Shown here: positions 27,713-41,000 of the stretch, in pieces
How positions within the stretch are numbered: position 1 is the stretch's first letter
Layout of the letters: each line of letters begins with the position of its first letter
Assembly (NCBI GenBank): GCA_030704615.1
Contig: CM060732.1
Span: 42,470,001 to 42,534,000 of the forward strand
Reading direction: 5' to 3'
DNA from: Takakia lepidozioides
Lineage: Eukaryota; Plantae; Bryophyta
Length of the DNA stretch: 64,000 bases
Made by a program: the position numbers and the translations under genes
Notes under the pieces: model-generated
The model's database searches: none
What the model was told of the DNA's origin: nothing
The model's input: the letters and a program-made list of their open reading frames with translations, nothing else

Positions 27713-29339
27713 CACACTCGTCGCAGTCAGACACGATGGACATTCCTTGTGCACATGTGTACATAGACATCTTTTGTTGAAGATAAAGTGAAAGTTGATG
27801 ATGCACTTTACAAATGTAGATGAACTTAGCTGTTTCATTATAGATTAGAAAAGATTCAGATTTTAGCATGCAGTGTGCCTACTATTTGTTATATGCGGTC
27901 GGGTATAAAGTTAAAAAGCTGGTTTCCAATGGGCATAAGTCTATGGAACAACCTTTTCTCCTCATTGCAAGAGTTGATGATTAAATGTACCAACCGAACT
28001 ACTGACTGTTGGTGCAAAACTGCCAAAGTAGAAAAACAGTCCCCACTTTGCAATTGAAAATCTAATTGTAGCTTATGAGAAAACCATGTACACATGCCAG
28101 ATACAGGACTTAACACCCTCCCATAACCTGCAATCGTTTTAATCGGCCCAAGCTAGATGTTCGAACGGGCGACTGCAATCGCACGCCCTGCTGCTCCTTG
28201 CTTTTTCGGATTAATGGTGTCAGCATCTCTCTCTCTCTATGAAACCCCTCACTGCCCCCACCTTTATACTCTTCCTCCCTCCCTCCTTGGATAGGCCATC
28301 TTTTGCCCTTATCTCTGTAGTGGTGGCGATGTCAAGGTCGCACGCTACTACAGAATTCCACCCCAACCTGCGCGACCTGCTCCCATATATACAAGCCTTT
28401 ACCTACTCCACTGATAAGCAACAAAGATAAACAAACAAAAGCAGGTAAGTGTTATGGGGGAGAAGCTGATATCTGGATGAAGGTACTGATCTAGCTAGAG
28501 GTGATCTGGCTCTCTGAGGTGCTGTGCAGTACAAAGCCAACAACAACACAAATAAATGCTGCTCGAAAGAGAAAATTTACAAAAGATGAATATAATAACA
28601 AAGCATTTGAAGCAAAATCCGCAACTTACAAGTCTATCGTAAAGAACTCACAAAGCTAAGTATATCAAGCATACCGGATGTTGTGGATATCAGAACGCGC
28701 AAAGCACATGCTAGAGTGGCATATGTACTGTCACACTCTCGGGTCACAGCAACAAGCTTGTTCACAACTTCGTCCGGGTACCTGTTGTTGATGATGATTT
28801 CAAACGCAATATGGGCTTTCTCTTCGGCCGAAAGCAGATTTAGAGGTATTTTCTGTAAAACAGTGTGCCATGCTTCCATTCTGATCGGTCTGAGAAATAG
28901 AAACTCTTCTAGGAGCTTATGATCAGTCCTACTAAGAATTCCCAAACACGAATCAACACTAGGACTGCTAATTGTTCAACTTGTAACTACTGAATCCAGC
29001 AGGTTTCTCTTATTTCTACTGCTTTTCAGCTTCCGATTCTAGTAGCTTCGGTTCAGCTGCTTCTGCTGGGTCCTTATCATGATCACGATTTGATGGGCCA
29101 CCACAAAGCATCCTTCACTGGGCTCTCGTCCATTTTGTTTATCATTTGATTGGGACTCGCGCTGGTTGTCCCGCACGTCAATGCACTTTAATGATTTGGT
29201 GTACTGCCTCATTGTGTATGAACCAACCATCTACAATGATGCAGATGTTTCAATCGGAGGCTACTGCAGAGGATACCATAATTTACGCTTCCTCGGGGAG
29301 GCCATAGAGAAATCTCATCTTCCTAAACCCCAACCCCTG

Positions 29340-31745
29340 AAATGATGAAACCCTGTAAGACTTTATTTACAATATGTACAATGGGTGAACGTGCATATGA
29401 TGTGAAGTTCCCAAAAAGGGGGGGGGGAGGAACAAGAAACAAGAGAAGAAAACAAAAAGCTATAGTAAGCTACTCAGCTAGAAAAAAAAACAAAAGCTAT
29501 AGTAAGCTACTCAATTAGCAACGAAAACAGAAGCTATAGTAAACTACTCGAGCAGAGCGACCCTCCCAGCCAACAGCCTGGAGGAGATCAGATAAGGAGA
29601 CAGACAAAAGTGTCAGGCAGAGGCGGAAGATGAGATGACGCGAAGCTAGCCACATCAGCCCGATGCAAAATAGAGATGGCTTGTGCTCTCTGCAAAGCAA
29701 CTGAAACATGTTGTTGATAGTAGGCGACAAGGATGGAGGCATGTGGGATGCCAGTGGACCCGCTCTTACCTGCATGATGTACACATGTCCGCAGGAAATC
29801 GTCGAAGTGTCGGTGCAATGAGCCAAATATTTCGACCGCCAATGGAAGAAATGTGGTGGGGTGACGATCGTTGTAGTCGCGCTCCTTGGCCTGGGCTGCT
29901 ACAGTGGCTGCCGTGCCTAGTGTGGTGGCTGCGCGAGATAGCAGATCCGCTCGAGTGGGGTCGGCAAGAACGACATCTGCTAAGGTACACAAACCATCTC
30001 TAGATAGGACGATATCAATACGGCGGCGTGTAGAGTGGGACGTGAGCGTGGGTCATAAATGTGGTTGCTCACGCAGTACATGATACCCTGCCTCTCGAGC
30101 AATAGATGTCACTGCATCGCGAACCATATCATGAGACGCAGTGCGCTCACCACCACATGGACAGCGGAGGAAATGGATGACAAGGTCATCGATGGGCTGA
30201 AGACAGACGCAGCGCTGAAGGCCCAATGCCGAAGGATGAGCCAAACCGAGTCGAAGGCGGAGCGTAGTAGTGAAAATAGGGGATGAGAGGCGAAAATGTG
30301 CAATAGTGGGTCGTGCTGTCAACCATGCCCCTGCTCTGGGTCCTACGCATGATAGAAGTCAGGCTCGATACAACTCAGAAGAAGCACTTGAGACCATGCC
30401 GGAAAAGGAATGACGGTGCACATGCTCGGAAATGGACTCCTAAAGATGGTCGAGACCTTGAGCAACCAACTGCTCAAATGGTGGTAGACATGCTCGCGCC
30501 GGTGCCGGAAGAAGATCTCGTGCAGAGCGGAGATGCTGCTGGAAAGGTAAAATGTCACTGTCGACATGTGCAACGGCATCCATAAAGATGGGACGATGGT
30601 CACAGAGAAATCGTGAAACGAGGGCTGGCGCCACCAATGCCCAACTGCCGAGGAAAGCTAACGGGGCGGTAGTGACAGCGGACAAAAGACCCACACCACC
30701 GGAAGAGACGGACAAGGTGGCTTGCTGTCGTTGCAAAAGTCCCTGAGCACCCTCGAGAGTTCCCGGTCCTAACAATCTCCCGAAGATAGTCATTATGGTA
30801 GTATCAAACCCAGATAAGAGGTGTAGGAAATCTGGGCTGGGTGGAACGGTGCGCAAGAGATATGAGGGACGTTGAAGGAAACATTTGGTCAAGATTTCAT
30901 ATGCTACCTGTACATCTCCGAGCCTAGGAAGGAGATCGGCGTGGGTGGCATCCTGGTGGAGTGCTTCCAAGAAGGACGTTGTGAACTGGGTGGTGCCAAA
31001 AGGGACTCCCAGGATTCTGATGCCATTGGGCGGAGCAATGAAGTGAGCAGGGAGGACAAAATCTGCAGGAAGACCGTACGGAGACCACACCGCACATTTG
31101 CAAGATTGCACTGAAAGGCCCACGGCAGAGAGTTGGGTGACAAAATGATAGTAAGCTGAAAATACCTGTGAGGCAGGGCCTACAATGTGCGTGTCATCTG
31201 TCACCGACGGAAAAATACAAGATGAGTGAACTTGTGCAGAAGCTGTGAGGGCGCGGACATGAGCCATGGCAAACAAAGGTCCTCATAAAGGGTCGCCTTG
31301 GCGGGTCCCAACCTCGGACTGAATGATGGAGCACTCACCTAGGCGAGAGTGATGACTGTAGTATAGGGGAGTGGTGGATGCATAGAGTAATCGAACAAAC
31401 GGAATGAGCTGATGGAAATCTCCTCCGGCTGGACGGAGCTCCTGAAAGATAGCCGCTCGTGACACAGTGTTGAAAGCGTTGGTGACGTCGACCTGGAGAA
31501 CCACCCAATCCGGATGAAGATCAAGAGCTGCACGAATCCCTTGAACCACCGCCTCGCAACCGCTTGGAGTGACGACCACGAACTGGTGCGGAAAGAGGTG
31601 TCCGGAGAAGGCATCTCGAAACTGAAGACAAAGTGAGCGGCTAACAAGGCGATAAAGAACCTCTCCAACTGCGATAGGGCGGATGACAATACCCGAGGGT
31701 TTGCTCATAGCCAACAATTTGGAGGCCCAAAGAAGACGGGCCACT
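29340..31745 (-). mobile_element. 5'-truncated, frameshifted CRE-like non-LTR retrotransposon (RT + CCHC + restriction-like endonuclease)
   Basis: IRPIAVGEVLYRL, HQF..GCEAVV, VDVTNAFNTVSR, GTRQGDPL and TDDTH; CVCLQPIDDLVIHFLRC..HDMVRD; RRIDI..LADV..AKERDY..FLPLAVEIFG. AATAAA lies on the - strand near 29362. Confidence 0.85.
29450..29549. repeat. Three tandem copies of AAACA(A/G)AAGCTATAGTAA(G/A)CTACTC in the 3' region of the CRE-like element
   Basis: Directly visible. Confidence 0.85.
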
Positions 31746-32055
31746 GGGTAGGGATACAACTAGCAGCAATAAAGGAGCAAATCTGAAATAGTTGAGAGAC
31801 GCCACTAGCATAGTCTTGATAACAACGAATTTTCCATGCTACTTCCTCCTTACCGGGATGTTGAATTGGAAGCGGTTGGGGACAACTGCCAAAGATCTCT
31901 TGTTCTTCCTCTCAAGATGTAGGGTACGCTGGGATGGCAGCTTTAGAGTTCTTAATGCTGTGATCTTTCCTTGATTGACAGACGTTCTGAAGTTGAGATC
32001 ACCGTGTATCCTGGTGCAATTTAAGAGGCGCCCTTGAACTTCACGGGGGCTCAGA

Positions 32056-35000
32056 ATGTCGAATGCTAAGAGGACTTCAATGGCCGAGAGGGCACAAAGT
32101 ACGTCTCCTACATCTGGGTCGAGAGGTAGCCAGATTATGATGCGGGGATCTATTCTAAGAACAGGCCGGCAATCGGGAGAGAGTGGCTGGGCGGATCACG
32201 AGCAAGGCTCAATCAACCCCACAGAGAGATTGTTCGATCTAGGCTCTTCTGATGGATCGACGCGGGGACCATCCCCAGATTTAAGCCGGGCGCCCTCAAG
32301 AAGTCCCTCCCCAGTTGACATCAGACCCCACCTACAACAAGATGCTCCGGACCTAACTGTCGTGTTTCCTACGAGGAGAAGGGACAAGAGGTTTTCAGCT
32401 TTTTCCTCGCCAGAGCGTGCTGTTGAAGCCAATTTGGGAAGAAAGGGCAGCGTGAACGATAGTTCCGGGCCCCAGTTGAACATCGGACCCCTCGTGCCAG
32501 GACTAAGTGAGTTTATTCAGCCTAGTTATGAAATTACATCCAATGTCTCTGGAGCTCGCTTTTATGTCCGAGCATATCCAACAGTCGAAACTGCTCTGCA
32601 TTCAACTCGGGCCTTGAAAGTTCAGTAAACGCCAGATGACACTGACGGATATGACAGGAGATCAACCAAGAGTAAATCCCAGAGAAAATTCAATTCCGCT
32701 AGAGGTTGAAACAGAAATGCTCGATCTGAAAGCCCATGATTGACTCCTGCAGGTGCAGCCCGACGCAGCACTTTGATCGGTCTTATGCCTGAAGGTGAAC
32801 CATCGCTTGTTAAAGCCTCCCACTCTATCGCCCAGAAGCTGGAGTTGGAAGTGTTGCATATGCGGATACCTGAATACCTAGGAAAGGTGAGAGGGCCATC
32901 TCGAGGTACAATTTACAAAGAAGCAGGTAGTCAAGGGGTTCCACTTCTGAGTGGACCTCGCCGTAGCTCATTAGTACTCCGGGACATTGAGGCAGCGACG
33001 AATGTCAATGGGGTGCGTGACCGCCGCACCAGCATATTAACTGTTGCAACTTTGCCCAAGGGCGCTCGCTTGAGCACTGTCATTCTGCCCGGAAATGCCA
33101 GGCAATGGTTACTTCAATCCATCAGATTGCAAGACTCGGAGCTTCAAGAGTTGTTTGATCAGGTATGACAGATCCAAGATGTCTGAGAGTCGTCACATAT
33201 TGGTTTGATTTGGGAAATATCTTATCATCTGTGAGCTGGTGGTAAGCCCACTAGCAGTGCAGTCACAGAAGAAGAGCTGCAAAAGCAAATTCTAGACTGG
33301 GCTGATGTTGTAACGTGACTCAAATTGAAACAGTATTTTGCAGATGGAGTTGATACCTCAGCTTGCCATCGGGCACGTAAGAGAGGTGCGGACTGAATGG
33401 AACGCAATGGACGCCCGGGACATGACAGCTCCCCCTGACGCAGAAATGCTTGTGAAGGACCAAGCTTTACTAGACAAAGTCAAAAGCCTACTTATCCGCT
33501 TCATTGAGATAAGCGAAGCAAATCGGGCGCAGGGGAATGACCAAGCCTTGCAACGAACTGAGACACCGATCAGTGCCATAGACAGCGAGCAGCTGTCAGA
33601 AGGCCTCCGAGACACTCCCACAAGGGTAACACCGCCTTTTCAGGTCGACTTCCTGTGTGAAAGATTTTGCAAACTGAATTATGTGAAATTCGATAGTCTA
33701 ACCTTTGCAGCTTGCTATGATGGGTGCAGAGCTTTCAGCGGGAACGTGAGGGCAGTCTTGTTTCTGTGTACGAGAAGGGGGCCACCTGCTGCTCCATGTG
33801 CGGTCAGATCAAACCCAAAATTATACCAAGAGATAGTTTTTATTCAAGTCGATCGGCCGAACGGTTTTCTTTTCCGTCATTCATTCCTGTGGAAGACTAT
33901 GTTGTCAAGCAATCCATTATGCAGGTACCACTGCCTGTCTGAGTCAAAGTCCTGTCGGTATCTGTGAAGGCAACAAATTTCTTGTCTTGTTTTACACTCT
34001 TTCTTCCCAAAGACTACAACAAAGAACCTTCAATAAGCATGTCTCTATTTTAAGTGCATCAAAGACATTGTTGGGGCATCTTCACCCAAAGCGGAATGTA
34101 CATGCCTAAGGGTCTGCGGGGCTGCTAATGCTCTCGTAAAGACCTTTTCTTGAGAAAATCTGGAAGGTCAGAAGCAACTCCAAGTGTCACACCACTGAAC
34201 CAGCATTCTGCAGTGGTAGTTCCTCCCTGGAGACAAAAAGAAAGAAAAAAGGAAGACACTTATGGGAAAAACAATACCTTCTGCCTCTCTCTCGCATACA
34301 ATATCTACCTACACCGAAACATAATGCTAGAATGACTGACAGAAAAACATACACTGACAGAATCAGAGTAGTAGGAACTTATTGACTGGTCATGGTGAAT
34401 ATCAGCTATGATGTACCCTCCTGGAGGAGCTCCTGTTTTTACTCAACAGGATTTGGAACTGAAGCCCCAATTTGTCCTTCCTTGCTAATGCATATCTGAA
34501 GGCAAGGACATCATCACAAGAGAATGGTAAGAACAGGGGGGGACCATGAAAGAGCCATGCGGGCCTGTCTTTGGAGAAGTAGGACAGAAAAGATGTACAG
34601 AGAGGGCTGATTGGGAATGCCATGGTGGTGGGGAAGAGGTTGTGATAGCCATTGGGCCATGAGATGGAATACAAGTCGACGTACAGTCCGGTGGAGAAAA
34701 GATGGTATACTGTGCTCTTCCCTGCTCTCCAGGTGATCATTCCAATGCTTTTATGCTCCACCACTCCAAGACCAGAATACTGTGCACTTCCTGTGGACCT
34801 TATATAACTCAAGTTTTGTCTTCTCCCTGTTTCATTGCCTCCACTCCTACCTGTCCTCCACAAGGCTATCCTTACTGTTTAAAGTAGCATTCTCAGATTG
34901 ATAAATTGAGATCTGGCCTAATCTACCCTAAGTTAAAACTAGGCATCCTCCCAGCCCATTAGGATACGAGGGGCTCCATAATGATGCACACGTGGGTGTA

Positions 35001-38000
35001 AGAAACCATGACTTAAAAACTTGTCTCTGTGTTCTTTTTCTCATTGCTTGGTTGTACTGGTGTGTCTCTTTAGTGAGGCATTGAACAAGCTACAAAGTCA
35101 TTACTAAATAAGATGGCTGTCTTGCAGCCAGGAAAGAGGGAAGATGTGCAGCTGCTTGGGGAGTGGCTAAAATATGCTACCCAACGAAACAACTGCGAAG
35201 ATGCTGATGGCCATATTGCAGACATAGATTGTGCATTTATTTTGAACTCCATAGCCTTCTTAGAAACTGTCCGCCAGGTATTCCTCTGTCTCAGTATGCT
35301 CCTTGATCATAGGTTCTTCGAACATGCAGACAGAAACATCAAAATATCAGAGGCACTTAATTTTCTTGACCCACCACGCTACGGAGTATTTGACCCTATT
35401 GTAGTGCCCCAAAATCCATCCTGTGACCTACGCCTACTCATCTCTTTCACTTCGGAGACTGCAAGCGATGTTGACAACCCCAGTCTCACATCCATACTGT
35501 GCAATCATCTGGTTCTCTGTGGGTGTTTTGAAGCTTTCTTTAATTTTCTTCAATCTTAGAGATAATTGATGAATTTTTGTTTATGGGCAGCTTGTTGTGG
35601 GCCACATTTCTTTCTTGCATCCTGCTTTGTTCTGTTCTTTAAGCTCTACAAGCTCTGGATGTTATAAGGTTCCTTTTCTTGTTTGTGTCTCCCTATTGAG
35701 TCCCATACACAATTAGGCCTCCCAGGGGCCGTGTACTGTTCCTTCTTTCAAACTCAATGGTGGAATATGAATGATCAGGTGCGTATAGAATGTGAAGAAA
35801 GAGGAGATATGCTGTTGCATGTGTGGCGGCAACTTCTTCGTGTATTCAACCAGGTTCTTTTTCTTCCGGGTTAGCTTCTATGCTTTCCCATGAGGATGAG
35901 TTTGGTACTTTAGAAAGATTAATCTCTCATTTTATGAAGCCCGATCTTTTCTTGATTGAGACATTCTTGAAGAAGATAACATAGCACCAGAAAATAGAAA
36001 ATTTGCAATGAAGCAAGGAGAGAGATGGGAGGGACAGATAAGACTTCTATTCGAGGAAGAAGAAAAGGGTGTAAGCTCCCATAGCAAAGAAAGAAGGTAC
36101 TTGATGCAAGTTCCATACAGAAGGTGAGGAAAGGGCACAGGACAGAAAGAAGAAAGAGATAATGGACAAGAACACAGAATCAAGCCAGGAAATTGTCTGA
36201 TGAAAATGAAGTTAGGCAGAAAACTTCCCTGAACTTGTTTCCAGTCTGTGATGTGGGGGAGGACATTATGGATGACCTCAAGGGTCTACCCACTCTCGGC
36301 ACTAGACTGAAATTTAAACTCAGGGCAGGAAGCCTACCTTTGAACAGCAAACAGAAGCAGAGAGGAAAGGGAGAGTGCAATTGCCGGTTGTATGGGCAAC
36401 CTGCAGACAATATCCATTTTCTGATTCATTGTCCGGGGTTCTCTCACCAGAGAGACGCTCTCTTCAAATCTATCAAGGGAATTGTGCCTGTACCTCTGTT
36501 TACCAACTTTGAAATCAAGGCTGAGCCAAAAGCCCAGGCCCTTTTGGGGCCTAGTTATTGGGCAAACCACACACAGCAGGTTGATGCTTGTGTAGAGGGA
36601 TTTCTAGAGGATATCTGGAAACCCAGATCAATTGTTTATTCCAAGGTAAGTCTTACTACCGGCGTCAGCCCCTGACAAAGGTAGGTTCTGTCCTACTGCA
36701 GCCTCTAAGTCAGATTTATCCAGCATGGTCAAGACTTGCGGGCTAAGATTCAGATTCTTGCGAATCTCTTCTTCTCTCTTCCGCCAGGACTTAGCCTGTT
36801 TAACAAGGCGATCCTACTTCCAAGATATAGAGTCGAATAACTTAGGATATCTGATGTTGGACAAGCAGCTGACCCCACCATCTGACCTTGAATTCATCTC
36901 ATCGGGGGCTTAAGGAAGGGATGCCAAACTCAGCCCGAACAGCCACATTGGCTGTTTTGGAGCATGCTGACATGCACTCCTTAAGCACCCCCACTTGAAT
37001 GGATTCTGGAGACTTAGCCTGGTTGGAGTTATCAGCCCATATTGCAGATGCGTACTCCAAGGCAGGTGTAATAACGCGGCAAAGCATGGTTTTTTTCGAC
37101 CTCAGAGTTGATCCATCTGCAGTGGAAAAATTTAGTGAGACCCAGCACTTTGCGCTTGCCAGTTTGAACAATTTTCTGAATATGTGCATCCCAATTACAG
37201 TTGGAGGAAAACTCAACGCCGAGGTACGTGTAGGAAGGGAGGACCGGAATCTCTTGGCTTCCCCACTGCCACTTGAGATCACCTCCTCCCTCTCCTCGGT
37301 CGTTGAATGCCCACCACTGCACAGTTACTGACGTTAGCCTCTAGCCCCCAAATGTCAAAGTATCTCTTCGCACAATCAATCAACTCCCGGAGATTGGAAG
37401 GAGTCTCCCCTAGGCCTGCGAAGTCATCCGCAAACATAAGGGCTGGTATGGTGGCATCACCCACCCTTCACCTAAATCCCTCACTTTCCACATCCTCGAG
37501 TAGTTTGTTGATGAAAACATTGAAGAGCAGAGGGGAGAGGGTACATCCTTGAGCTACACCGTGGTCTATGTCAAAGAAGTTAGACTTCTGTCCATTAACA
37601 GTGACACAACTTTTGGAGTGAGCATACAAGTTATGGACAACTCTCCACATCTTTCACTTGATCCCACAGCACCAGAGTCAGAGCCATAGACCGTATCTCC
37701 ACACTCTGTCATAAGCCTTTTTGACATCCAAGAAAAATAAAAAAGTGGGTTTCCCTTCTTTTTTCTATACCTGGATAATCTGGCTTAGAGTGAAGATATG
37801 ATCCACACAGCCCCTGTTTCGTTTAAATGCTCAATTGCTTCTGAACTAATGGGAGCATTGTAAGCCTTTGAAATATACTCCAATTCATCAGGGCTGTCTT
37901 GAATCATGGGAACAGTTTTTCCAACTGTGTCCTTCCATTCTTCAGAGGACCCATCACTGTTAGACCTAGAAATTCTGCCAAGGATACTGTAGTGGGTTTC

Positions 38001-41000
38001 AAAGGTTTTGACAATGTCAACCGTTGAAGTCACCACTGCACCCTTAGTAGTCCTCAGCACTTCACTTGCTGACAGTTTTTTGGCTTGTACAAACGTTGAA
38101 GGGCCAACCAGAATCTCTGGTCATTACCACCATGGTGGTTTGAGTTTATTTCACTGTATAGCTTGTCCCGGTATAATTTCTTCTGAGAAGCTGATTGATA
38201 TCTTTGCGGATCTGGTAGTACTTAGCCCACAATTCTTTGTTGGTATTCAAATTGCAGCGCTCGTTATAGAGGACTTGTCTCTCAGCTATCTTGAGTTTAA
38301 TCTCGTTTATCCACCAATTAACAGCTCTACTGCAGACAATTAGTTTCCTCCCACTGATCTTGTCAGCCACATAGGAGATGAAACTCTCCCAAGAATCCAC
38401 TGCTCTTTCGACTTGATTTCTTGCATTGCCAGAGTGAGACTGAAGGTCTTGGAGTGAGTGGACAAAATGAGGGAGAGCCTCTTGCAAGGCCTGGGCATAC
38501 TCAGCCTTGACCTCTTCATTTTGGAATTTTTCTATGCGCCACTTCCGAATCGAACGTTTCACAGATTGGTGTTGGGAAAACACCTTTCAATCTCCATCCA
38601 AACCAGAAAGTGGTCAGAGGTACCAATATCAGTATTGGGCTTTCTCACGAGTCCACAGCACTTGGTCTCCTTTTGACCTATTATTCAAGGTCAAAATTTG
38701 AAGTTCTTCCAGACAGTTTATTAACCGTTTACCATCAGAATTCAGCTCATCCTCACCAAAAAGCCCAATGGTATCATCCTGATGAAGACCTTTGCCCACC
38801 CGCGCATTGAAGTCACCTAATAAGACCACCTGACCTTTGGCGAGGAACTTAGCACAGTCCAGCTTTACATCTTTGAAGGCTTTGTCTGCAAATGAATTAT
38901 TTGTCGTCTAGGTAGCCTATGGTTGCTCCTGGACGGCCAACCGTTCTGCAAAAGGGGGACAATTACCCCGTCTGTGGATTTTGCTCGTCTTGTGTAACCT
39001 TGAAGGATTGGTAAACCATCCAGATTACCAAATCCTTCAGTCACGCGACGCTCAGCTCAGCACTCTTAGGGTCAGTTTGTTTGTGACTCCTTGGAATCAA
39101 CCTCATCCAGTGCATCAAACCGGTTAGAAACTTTCGAGTTGAAGTCCATGCCCTTGGTTGTCTTCCTAGAGCGCCTCATTGAACCAGATTGAATTGATGT
39201 GAGGCTCTATTGGTAGCAGTTATGGGCGTTGCAACCTTCAAAGTACCTCTGTTATCAAGTCTCGAGATGGAACCATTAGCCATATAATCCAAGCCTAAGC
39301 TGGAGCAGGTAGTTTTAAAGGACACATCCTCCATCCTGGGATTCACCCCAAAAACTACACATGAAGCCCTAGATTTGGCAGAAGTAACCAATTCCCAGGA
39401 ATCACCCTGGGGATAGTTGTTATTGGTAAGAGGTAATGTATTGGTAGAATTCGCAGACTATAAGCTTAAGCGCAAGGACCAACCTTAGCCCAAGTGCCGA
39501 GTATGCTAGACGGAGCATACAACTGCCCAATTTGGGCGGAGGGGCTGCCCCCCAGCGGTAGGGGTCTGTTTGTTACCATTCAGAATCACACTCCAGGGAA
39601 CTGCAGGGAATGGCCCACGTAGGCATATTCTAAAGAGGGAGAGGCCCCAAACTCTCCAACTAAATTCAATGCACTACCTTACCTGAAGCAAAGCGCTTCA
39701 GGTCAAAACAAACAAAGACACGGGGTCAAGGCCGGCATTTAGTCAGAGACATTTATGTACTCCCCTATCAAGTCCACCCAATGGCAATAGGCTTCCTAGA
39801 GGATAGGGAGAGGAATCAAGAGAGAAAGAGAGAACGTACTCATAAGGTGTTGGTTGCCCTAGCCTCAAAAGCTAATCTAAATATTACAACCTACTCTTTG
39901 GCCATGTGTTTCTATTTGTTGCATCAGACCACTAACCTTAAACTGGACTCCAAACACTCCTTGAAAATGTCTGGCATGGTACCTGCGTTTCAGGTCATGG
40001 TTCATGCAGAGCCAAAGCTCAAAGCAATGGAGAAGGAGGTCCTCCAAACAAGGGAGGCTATATCTGTAGACAAACAGCATATCACTACTATCACTGCTGA
40101 GTTAGCTTTGTACACTGAGAACTTGAAGATTACAGAACAGCAGCTCAAGGAGAGGGAGGTCCAGTGGTCTCGTTTTCATAGGTGTCGCCTCTGTCTCGCG
40201 GAAAATCTGACTCCCCGAGCACGAGAGAAATTTGTCGAGCGGGCCACAAAGAGGCGGTTCACTAGTGCAAATACAAGAGTGCAGGTGGAGGAGAAAACTG
40301 AGGAGGAGATACTCCAAGCCAGCCTTGCTGCCTTGCAGGTTAAGACCGACGGAGAAGGTGATTTTGTAAACTTGATGCACATGAACACAGTGCATGAATG
40401 AGCAGAAGTTCCCCAGTATGTTGTTACAGCTAATTTGGATACATTTTCTATGACAATCTCTGGTTTCAAGAGTTCATGCCTGACTTCTTGGTGTAGTCTT
40501 TCTGCTGGGGGCATCGAGTGTAAGGACTGGGCATTTCCTCTGTGGTAGTTGAAAACCCACCAAAGGGTTTGGGAGGTCGTAATATCCAGCTGTCACAGGG
40601 AACAATTAGAGGGGGTGGTAAATCAGCCCACGTTTCTCTGTGTGGGTGTGTGGGTGGAGGGGCGGAAGGTCCGTTATAAACAAATAGAATATGTTTACAA
40701 TTACCTCTTACATATGCTGGACATAATGTACAACACCAAAATAATCTCAGATGGGTTGAGATTTCTAATTTGGGCAATATCAGGTGGTGATGTTCATGAT
40801 CACGGCCTCTCAGGAGGGGAGAATTCCAGTGGGAGGCCAGGGGCGGCAGATAATGCCAGACTTTCAGGCCAACCTGGAAGCACAGAGACTGAAGGTGACC
40901 CAGGGGGCCCTAGCACACAGGGGCCAGCAGAAGTAGCATCCAGGGAAGCAGGTAAGGGGAGTGTTAATGGAGACCCACCCAGCTTAGTGGCTGCTGTTGG

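Noticed and set aside
29450-29549. CRISPR-like repeat-spacer pattern
   Set aside because: Eukaryotic context, only three units, short A-rich linkers and no cas genes.
40466-40777. SWIM-like motif CTLCPAYVRGNCKHILFV on the - strand
   Set aside because: Spacing is CxxC rather than CxC, there is no flanking MULE or RING context, and it lies in a short intron. Probably chance.
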